This document shows, piece by piece, positions 20,873 to 28,120 of a DNA stretch of 64,000 nucleotides (its first letter is position 1; every line of letters starts with the position of its first letter). Source of the stretch: an uncultured Ignavibacteria bacterium (GTDB taxonomy: Bacteria; Bacteroidota; Ignavibacteria; Kapaibacteriales; UBA2268). The notes below the pieces were generated by a model. The model was not told the origin of the DNA, ran no database searches, and saw nothing but the letters and a program-made list of their open reading frames with translations. Both the position numbers and the translations under genes were made by a program. Location of the stretch: the NCBI GenBank assembly GCA_903862655.1, contig CAIOZA010000019.1, forward strand, positions 6,960-70,959, given 5' to 3'.

Positions 20873-22165
20873 TTGATGAAAATAGATGCAATACTTCTTT
20901 ATGAATCTCCGAATGTTACTAGTCTTTATCCTTTTACAATTATGCATTGCGGGTGGGAAATAAGACTAGGTTCATTTCTTTATTTTGAAAAAATACAGAA
21001 ATTATTCCCTGATGCTAAAATTATTTATAATGGAAGAGAGAAACATCTTGAGTCTTTTTTAAACAGATATTCAACTCATCCTCAAAATCTTGAAAAAGAA
21101 AATATACTAATTCTAAATTCAACCATTCTTCCTGAAAAAGAATTCTTTGATTCTTTATCTGAGTTGTATGACCAACATATTAAGCAAGATTTGATCTCAA
21201 AATCGGCATTATTCGTTCATCAGGGTCAACCTGTTGCAGCTTTTATGACGGCTGAAGATATTATTAATCCATCCGATATTGACAAACACTTCTTGCCTAA
21301 GATTCTAACCGATTTCGGCAGATTGGTTCCTAATATCGAAATCCCAAGACCAAAATTATTAAACTTCTTGTGGGATACATTTGACAATGTTGGTAATGAA
21401 ATAAATGAATCAATTGCATTCTATACATGTCAACCTGATGTACAGAAATTTTTGGATTCTGGAGTAAGATTAGTCAATACAGACAAAATCCGTATATGCG
21501 ATACAGCTCACGTATCTCCCGGGGTAGTTCTTGATGCATCAGGAGGTTGCATAATTATTGATAGAAACGCATATATTATGGCTAATGCTGTAATCATGGG
21601 ACCTTGTTATATTGGAGAGAATTCTACAATAAAAATAGGTGCCAAAATTTACGGTAATACCGCAATAGGTCCACATTGCAAAGTCGGTGGTGAGGTGGAA
21701 AATTCTATTATACAGGGTTATTCGAACAAACAGCACGAAGGATTTTTAGGGCACTCCTATATTTCCGAATGGGTAAATCTAGGTGCAGATACCAATACTT
21801 CAGATTTGAAGAATACTTATAGCAACATTAGCGTGAATTTTTATAAACAGGAAATAGACACAGGCAGAATGTTTGTAGGTCTTTTATGTGGAGACCATAC
21901 TAAAACTGCTATCAACACATCATTCACAACAGGAACAGTTGCCGGGATTTGCGGAATTATTGTAGCTGATGGTTTTCTGCCAAATTACATCCCATCATTC
22001 GCATGGCGTGGAGTTAAGAGTTGCTCATTTTATAAACCAGATAGAGCTATTGAAACTGTTAAAATTGTAATGGCTCGCAGAGGCAAAGAACTTACGCAAA
22101 TTGAAGAAACTCTTATAAGAGAAGAATTCGAAAATGCTAAATCTCTTTTCTACAATCTCGTATAA
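20873..22165 (+). CDS. Left-handed beta-helix (hexapeptide-repeat) protein, putative GlmU-like sugar-phosphate nucleotidyl/acyl-transferase
   Basis: C-terminal half is a run of hexapeptide repeats (IIIDRNAYIMANAVIMGPCYIGENSTIKIGAKIYGNTAIGPHCKVGGEVENSII...). The 430-aa family is common in Bacteroidetes/Chlorobi. Confidence 0.6.
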   Translation: MMKIDAILLYESPNVTSLYPFTIMHCGWEIRLGSFLYFEKIQKLFPDAKIIYNGREKHLESFLNRYSTHPQNLEKENILILNSTILPEKEFFDSLSELYDQHIKQDLISKSALFVHQGQPVAAFMTAEDIINPSDIDKHFLPKILTDFGRLVPNIEIPRPKLLNFLWDTFDNVGNEINESIAFYTCQPDVQKFLDSGVRLVNTDKIRICDTAHVSPGVVLDASGGCIIIDRNAYIMANAVIMGPCYIGENSTIKIGAKIYGNTAIGPHCKVGGEVENSIIQGYSNKQHEGFLGHSYISEWVNLGADTNTSDLKNTYSNISVNFYKQEIDTGRMFVGLLCGDHTKTAINTSFTTGTVAGICGIIVADGFLPNYIPSFAWRGVKSCSFYKPDRAIETVKIVMARRGKELTQIEETLIREEFENAKSLFYNLV

Positions 22166-22212
22166 ACTGATTTAACAATATATTACAACGATTTCGTCTT
22201 AAATTTTTACTT

Positions 22213-22572
22213 GGGGATGAAACGGATTCGACGGGGTGATGGACGTCGGTCGCGGCATGTCGTGCTCAATCGGTGGTGCACGTAAATTCAACCGGTAGGC
22301 TTATAAATGCCGAAAACAATTACGCTTTAGCTGCATAATAACCAAAAGCAACTACATCTTATGATAAGTTTGCCCCTCGGCTAATCATTAGGTGTCGCAA
22401 ACAGATGGGCTGGTTCCAAATCTTGCTGTGGGAAGCGGAACAAGACAACACACAGATAAGCTTTTTCGACCTGCCGAGCGGTTAAGAAATTGACGAAAAT
22501 TATAGATCGGCTAAACATGTAGAGGCATCGAAAGAAGCTCTTCGGACGCGGGTTCAACTCCCGCCATCTCCA
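22213..22572 (+). ncRNA. ssrA: tmRNA (transfer-messenger RNA, SsrA); encoded tag peptide (A)ENNYALAA
   Basis: 5' end GGGGATGAAACGGATTCGACGGGG with G3:U wobble. 3' tRNA-like end GGACGCGGGTTCAACTCCCGCCATCTCCA (T-arm plus acceptor stem complementary to the 5' end). Internal tag ORF GCC GAA AAC AAT TAC GCT TTA GCT GCA TAA ends in the canonical YALAA-stop. Confidence 0.85.
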
Positions 22573-22585
22573 CTTTCTAAATCAT

Positions 22586-22630
22586 AACGCCCTTGTAAAT
22601 CAATTACTTACAAGGGCGTTATTTATTTTT
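22586..22630 (+). terminator. Rho-independent terminator of ssrA
   Basis: Perfect 13-bp stem AACGCCCTTGTAA / TTACAAGGGCGTT with a 9-nt loop, followed by ATTTATTTTT. Confidence 0.6.
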
Positions 22631-22681
22631 CCTACACTATTCCTACACTTTTGTTTATTCAAGAGGTTAATTTGTATTGGA

Positions 22682-23383
22682 TTATTTCAAAAGCCCATTT
22701 TTTGCGAAACTAAAATATTTGTCTCCAGCGACTATAATATGATCTAGAACTTCAATAGCAATAATCTTACCTGATTCTTTTAACTGTTTTGTGATTGCAA
22801 TATCCTCTTTAGAAGGGTAAGGATTTCCAGAAGGATGGTTGTGCAATAAAACAATACTTGCCGATGAATTTGTTATTGCCTCTCGAAAAACCTCTCTGGG
22901 ATGCACAATGCTTGCATTTAAACTACCTGTGGAAATTAATACTTCCTTGAATATCTGATTTGATGAGTTCAGGAGCAAAACTCTGAATTGTTCTTGCATA
23001 ATACCACGATATTTTGATATATAGTAATCAGTAATGTCGTCGGGCGTTCTCATAACCCTTAGTTCATCAAAAGGAGCGGACTTCAGCCTCTTGTTTAACT
23101 CGAATGTTGCTGCAAGTGTGATAGCTTTGGCGGGACCGATACCTGAGATCTTAGTAAACTGAATTAGATCACATTTGGCAAGATCTGTAATGGTATTGTA
23201 CTTTTCTAGTAGCTCCCTTCCAAGATCAACAGCTGATTTATTCTTAGTCCCATTGCCAATCAGAATAGCGATTAACTCTGCATCAGATAGTGAAGATGCA
23301 CCATTACGCAATAATCTTTCTCTGGGCCTTTCGTCGCTTCGCCAATCTTTGATCGATTTGAAAATTGATTTTTCTGAATCCAT
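22682..23383 (-). CDS. radC: RadC-family JAB/MPN-domain protein (UPF0758)
   Basis: N-terminal HhH region (LSDAELIAILIGNGTKNKSAVDLGRELL) and C-terminal JAMM motif (HNHPSGNPYPSKEDIAITKQL). Confidence 0.85.
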   Translation of the reverse strand: MDSEKSIFKSIKDWRSDERPRERLLRNGASSLSDAELIAILIGNGTKNKSAVDLGRELLEKYNTITDLAKCDLIQFTKISGIGPAKAITLAATFELNKRLKSAPFDELRVMRTPDDITDYYISKYRGIMQEQFRVLLLNSSNQIFKEVLISTGSLNASIVHPREVFREAITNSSASIVLLHNHPSGNPYPSKEDIAITKQLKESGKIIAIEVLDHIIVAGDKYFSFAKNGLLK

Positions 23384-23392
23384 AAGTCATCC

Positions 23393-25534
23393 TTATTTAT
23401 CAATTAACTTAAGTTCAATCTTTCTTTTTTCGAAATTAACGCGGATAATTTTTACTTTGATTCTATCACCAAATCTATAAATCTTGTTAGTTCTTCTGCC
23501 TATTAATCTGAAATATTTTTCATCGAAAATATAATAATCATCGAGTAAATCTCTTATGTGAAGCATACCTTCAGCATAAATATTATCAAGAATTACAAAT
23601 ATCCCAAAAGAAGTAACTCCCGAAATTGTTCCGTCAAAAATTTCACCAACATATTTTTTTGCTAAAGCAATTTGAGCAAGTTTTACCGAAGCACGTTCGG
23701 CCTCCATTGAGTTTCTTTCGGTAGTGGTAGTTTGTTCACCAATTTCCTCCAGATAGGAATTTAAATATTCTATTCTGTTGGCTATTGGCTTTTGTTCGGC
23801 ATATTCCTTCAATAATCTGTGAACAACTAAATCTGGATATCTTCTGATTGGTGAAGTAAAATGAGAATAGTTTTTGAAACCAAGACCATAGTGTCCAATA
23901 TTATCTGGATGATATTCAGCTTTAGGCATTGCCCTAACTAACATTTGGTTTACAATTGGTTTTTCCTGTCTGTCTTCAAATTGTGCCAGCAGTTCATTGA
24001 TAGCTTTAGCTGTACCGCTACGGGCATCACCTTTGTGACCAAGCATCATTATAAATTCAAGAACAGAATTGAGTTTGTCGGGATTCGGCACACTATGTAT
24101 TCTGTAGAGGAAAGGCAATTTCTCTTTTAATTTATAGATCTTAGTAAGCTTGAGAACATGCTCAGCAACTGTTTTATTCGCCACCAACATACATTCTTCC
24201 ACAAGACTAGTAGATTTAGTTGTTTTCTTTTGTGTGGCTCCAAGTGGATCTTGATTTTCATCTAGTTTAAACTTGATTTCGACAGTTTCAAAATTGATAC
24301 CGCCAGATTTCAATCTTATAGCTTTTAGTTTTGTAGCCAATTCATGTAGCTTTAAAACCAGATCTTGATGGGGTCCGGATTTACCCTCAATAACTTTTAG
24401 AACCTCATCATAAGTAAATCGCTTTTTACTTTTTATGATTGATTCTGCTATTTTGTAATCCTTTAATACGCAATCTTCAGTAAACTCCATAAATACTGAA
24501 AATGTTAATCTTACTCTATTGGGCTTTAAAGAACAGATATCATTAGATAATTTTTCGGGGAGCATTGGGACAACTTGATCTACCAAATATGTACTGTTGC
24601 CTCTTTTACTAGCTTCATTGTCAATAACAGAGCCATGCTTGATAAAATGAGAGACATCAGCTATGTGAACACCAAGATAATAGTTACCATTTTCTAATAT
24701 CTTTAATGATAATGCATCATCAAAATCCTTTGCATCATCTGGATCAATTGTTATAATTTCCTCTGCACGAAGGTCAATTCTTTGTTTAATTGTGTCGGTA
24801 TCCAAAGAGATTTCAATTTTCTCTGCTTCCTGATTGAGCTTTTTTGAAAATTCTGAAGGTAAAGAAAACTCATCAAGAATACATGAGTATTCAACTTTAT
24901 TAATTCCAGACGAGCCCAAGATTTTAATTATTTCAGCTTCAGGACTTTTTAATGGGTCTTCCCAGCACAGAAACTTGCACGTTACCTTATCCCCAGGTTT
25001 AGCACCATTTAACTTTTTTGGGGGTATAAGAAAATCAACATAATATTTTGGTTCATCAGGCACGAGGAATGAAAAATAACCATCATTTTCTAGTTTTCCG
25101 GTGATAAGCTTTTCAGATCTTTTTATTATTTTATTAACAAAAGCCTGAGGCTTCTTCCCAATTTTTTCTGCTAGAGGTTTAATTTCAACTATGTCTGCAT
25201 CTAATGCAGTGTTAAGATTTCTATGTTTAATAATATACTTGATTCTGGTTTTAGGGTCTAAGATAGTTCCTCTTTGCTCCTCGATCTTGATTTGTCCCTG
25301 AACAACAAAGGACTTTTCAATAACTGATTCTTCAACAGAATTAAGTGAATATCTTCTTTTAGAATGTTTGAATATTTTGCCATCTGCCAATAATTCATTG
25401 AGATTATTTCTAAGCGTATCATAGCTATCTGTTTCAGATTTAACTTTTAGAAACTTAGCAAAATCATAAATCTTCATTGATGATGGTGAAGTACTTAGAA
25501 TTTTTAGGATTCTGTCTTTATAGTTTGGTTGCAT
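23393..25534 (-). CDS. rnr: Ribonuclease R (3'-5' exoribonuclease, RNB family)
   Basis: N-terminal HTH, cold-shock/OB domains, RNB catalytic domain (...IDPDDAKDFDDALS...) and C-terminal S1 domain. The ORF could start 20 codons upstream at 25594; the Met at 25534 (MQPNYKDRILKIL) fits the RNase R N-terminus better. Confidence 0.9.
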   Translation of the reverse strand: MQPNYKDRILKILSTSPSSMKIYDFAKFLKVKSETDSYDTLRNNLNELLADGKIFKHSKRRYSLNSVEESVIEKSFVVQGQIKIEEQRGTILDPKTRIKYIIKHRNLNTALDADIVEIKPLAEKIGKKPQAFVNKIIKRSEKLITGKLENDGYFSFLVPDEPKYYVDFLIPPKKLNGAKPGDKVTCKFLCWEDPLKSPEAEIIKILGSSGINKVEYSCILDEFSLPSEFSKKLNQEAEKIEISLDTDTIKQRIDLRAEEIITIDPDDAKDFDDALSLKILENGNYYLGVHIADVSHFIKHGSVIDNEASKRGNSTYLVDQVVPMLPEKLSNDICSLKPNRVRLTFSVFMEFTEDCVLKDYKIAESIIKSKKRFTYDEVLKVIEGKSGPHQDLVLKLHELATKLKAIRLKSGGINFETVEIKFKLDENQDPLGATQKKTTKSTSLVEECMLVANKTVAEHVLKLTKIYKLKEKLPFLYRIHSVPNPDKLNSVLEFIMMLGHKGDARSGTAKAINELLAQFEDRQEKPIVNQMLVRAMPKAEYHPDNIGHYGLGFKNYSHFTSPIRRYPDLVVHRLLKEYAEQKPIANRIEYLNSYLEEIGEQTTTTERNSMEAERASVKLAQIALAKKYVGEIFDGTISGVTSFGIFVILDNIYAEGMLHIRDLLDDYYIFDEKYFRLIGRRTNKIYRFGDRIKVKIIRVNFEKRKIELKLIDK

Positions 25535-25736
25535 AAATCTCCTGTTCGAAATTTTTACAAATTTAATTAAATATTCAATAAAAACACTATTCATACAATA
25601 TTATTCAATTATTATCTTCTCAGCAAAGGTATTATTCACAATTCGGATGCTCCATAATAATTTTTTTACCTCAATGATCAGAAAGATCTTCATACTTATC
25701 AGACTTATTTTTTAACTCACTTAATTGGAGCTTTTG

Positions 25737-27308
25737 ATGAATTCGAAAGGCAAAATTCTTTGGATTGATGACGAGATTGAACTATTGCGAGCACACATCA
25801 TCCTTCTTCAACAAAGAGGTTATTCTGTAGAAACCGCATCTAATGGAGAAGATGCAATTGAGCTATACAGAACCAATCACTATGACCTGACTTTTCTCGA
25901 TGAATCAATGATTGGTATATCCGGACTGGACACACTGCCACTTTTGAAAGAGATAGATCCATCAACACCTGTAGTTATGGTTACAAAAAATGAAGCTGAG
26001 AGTGTTATGGAAGATGCTATTGGCAAAAAGATTGATGATTATCTTACAAAACCTGTTAATCCTGCGCAAATACTTGCTGCTTGCAAGAAGTATCTGGAAT
26101 CAGAAAGAATCAGTCAAAATAAAATTACTCAGGATTATATACAGGGATTAGGTGTGATTAATTCCAGATTAAATGAAACTTTATATTGGGATGACTGGCT
26201 CGATATTTATCAAAAGCTTGTGAATTGGTCAATTGAACTTGACAAGTACCCTCAGATAGGCTTTCAGCAAACATTGCAAGATCAATTTCGGGAATTTAAC
26301 TCAGCATTTTCAAAATTTGTCGAAGATAATTACCACGACTGGATATTCAATGAAAAAGATGAATTTACTCCTACTCTATCTCCAGGTATAGTAGAAAAAC
26401 ATTTGGTTCCTTTCCTGAAATCAGGAAAGCCAGTCTTCTTTATTGTTATAGATTGTATGAGAATCGATCAATGGCTCATGATGGAAGAATTATTGAGACC
26501 ATTCTATACATTCAAGAAAGACTATTATAGTGCCATTCTTCCAACAGCAACACCTTATGCAAGAAATGCTATTTTTGCCGGTCTTTTTCCACAAGATATT
26601 CAGAAACACTACCCTCAATATTGGGTGAACGAATTGAATACTGAAGAGACTAAGTTGAATGCTTTTGAGAAGGAGTTACTTGATGAACAATTGAAACGAA
26701 AGAAAATAGATTTAAGAACGCCTTTAAATTATATTAAGATACATGACACGGATTTTGGAAAAAAGATTGAAAATGATATTGGAAAATATACTAAAAGTCA
26801 TCTTACTGCAATAGTTATCAATGCTGTAGACATGATTGCGCATTCAAGGTCTGATTACGCAATTCTTAAAGAAATAGCACCTGATGAATCAGCATATAGA
26901 AGTCTTACACAATCTTGGTTTCAACATTCAAGTATATTTGGAATGCTGAAAACAATTTCAGAAAATAAGGATATTAAAGTTGTGATTACAACCGATCATG
27001 GTTCTATCAGATGCATGAGGGGCATAAAAGTAATTGGGGATAAAGACACGTCAACAAATCTTAGATACAAATTCGGAAAGAATGTAAAAGCTGAAGAGCG
27101 TTATGCAGTTCAGATAAAGGATCCTACAGAGCTAAGACTTCCCAAATTGGGCTTAACCGTAAATAACATAATAGCTAAAGAAGACTATTATTTTGTTTAC
27201 CCAACGGATTATCATTACTTTCTTCAAAGATACAGAGATAGTTTCCAGCATGGAGGCATTTCAATGGAAGAAATGATTGTTCCCGTAATCGAAATGGATC
27301 CAAGATAG
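25737..27308 (+). CDS. porX: PorX-like response regulator: CheY-like receiver domain fused to a PglZ (alkaline-phosphatase-superfamily) domain
   Basis: Receiver motifs (ILWIDDE...; DLTFLDESMIGISGLD phospho-acceptor region; VVMVTKN; K at ...DYLTKP) followed by a ~400-aa PglZ domain. This is the architecture and size of the T9SS regulator PorX. An in-frame TTG at 25725 is an alternative start. Confidence 0.75.
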   Translation: MNSKGKILWIDDEIELLRAHIILLQQRGYSVETASNGEDAIELYRTNHYDLTFLDESMIGISGLDTLPLLKEIDPSTPVVMVTKNEAESVMEDAIGKKIDDYLTKPVNPAQILAACKKYLESERISQNKITQDYIQGLGVINSRLNETLYWDDWLDIYQKLVNWSIELDKYPQIGFQQTLQDQFREFNSAFSKFVEDNYHDWIFNEKDEFTPTLSPGIVEKHLVPFLKSGKPVFFIVIDCMRIDQWLMMEELLRPFYTFKKDYYSAILPTATPYARNAIFAGLFPQDIQKHYPQYWVNELNTEETKLNAFEKELLDEQLKRKKIDLRTPLNYIKIHDTDFGKKIENDIGKYTKSHLTAIVINAVDMIAHSRSDYAILKEIAPDESAYRSLTQSWFQHSSIFGMLKTISENKDIKVVITTDHGSIRCMRGIKVIGDKDTSTNLRYKFGKNVKAEERYAVQIKDPTELRLPKLGLTVNNIIAKEDYYFVYPTDYHYFLQRYRDSFQHGGISMEEMIVPVIEMDPR

Positions 27309-27312
27309 AATT

Positions 27313-27352
27313 AAACAAGAAATTCCGGTTGAAAAATCGGAATTTCTTGTTT
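27313..27352 (+). terminator. Stem-loop (probable terminator) immediately after porX
   Basis: Perfect 15-bp inverted repeat AAACAAGAAATTCCG-N10-CGGAATTTCTTGTTT beginning 5 nt after the porX stop. The T-tract is weak (TAATCGTTTATTTC). Confidence 0.5.
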
Positions 27353-27710
27353 AATCGTTTATTTCAATATTTCTAAATTACTACTAAACATTCGCTGATA
27401 CCTGGCATTGGTAAAATTTTTGCGGTTTTTTTTCATTCTCCTCCTATTTTTCAGATCTACTTTGATCAATTCTTTGTCAACAGATCAGACAACCACTTTT
27501 TAATTCATCTATTAATTAAATTAAAATCTATTTTTAGTGTTCGTTCACATGGAAAGTGTTTCTTAAAGCATTTTTTTTGTAATATGCTATTCTTTTGGGA
27601 AATGTTTTCATTTTTTTGGGTAAACATTTAATCTTTAAATAGTTATAAAGACTTTCACTTATTAATTTGCGACAGAATGATACATATTTAAGCTAAAACC
27701 GAAAAAACCA

Positions 27711-27738
27711 CATAGTGTGTAAATTTTAACACACTATG
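27711..27738. promoter_or_regulatory. Perfect 10-bp-arm palindrome CATAGTGTGT-N8-ACACACTATG in the 0.8-kb AT-rich leader of the IPT/TIG gene
   Basis: Seen directly in the sequence: both arms are exact reverse complements. The element lies ~400 bp upstream of the 28121 start codon in an unusually long non-coding region. Confidence 0.3.
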
Positions 27739-28120
27739 AAGATAATTACACAAGTTCTAAAAAATAAACAGTAAAATTATTGACATATTAAAAAATAAAT
27801 TCAGGATAATTTGAATAAATATCTTCCCATATTTAGATAATAGCCAAGGTTATATTATTGTAAAATTTAGACTTACTAAATCCTTGTATTAACCATTAAT
27901 GTACTTTTTCAATTTTGTAACGGATACCTCACTTTCGGAACATAAATATATCATGAAGATCGATATTAGAATTTTGTTTTGATTGAGATATCAACAAGTT
28001 GCAATTTTTGGGAATATATGTAACATATCATTTCTTCTTGTTTCAAATATTGATTTATTAAAATGCTAAAGTTAATCTTCAATTTGATTTTTTTACATCA
28101 TAATATGCAAAGGTGGCATT

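Noticed and set aside
22166-23383. Possible genomic island integrated at the tmRNA gene (radC adjacent to ssrA)
   Set aside because: No integrase, no recognisable duplicated ssrA 3' end within the window, and the flanking genes (LbH transferase, RNase R, porX) are ordinary chromosomal genes. Retained only as a low-level note inside the trans-translation finding.
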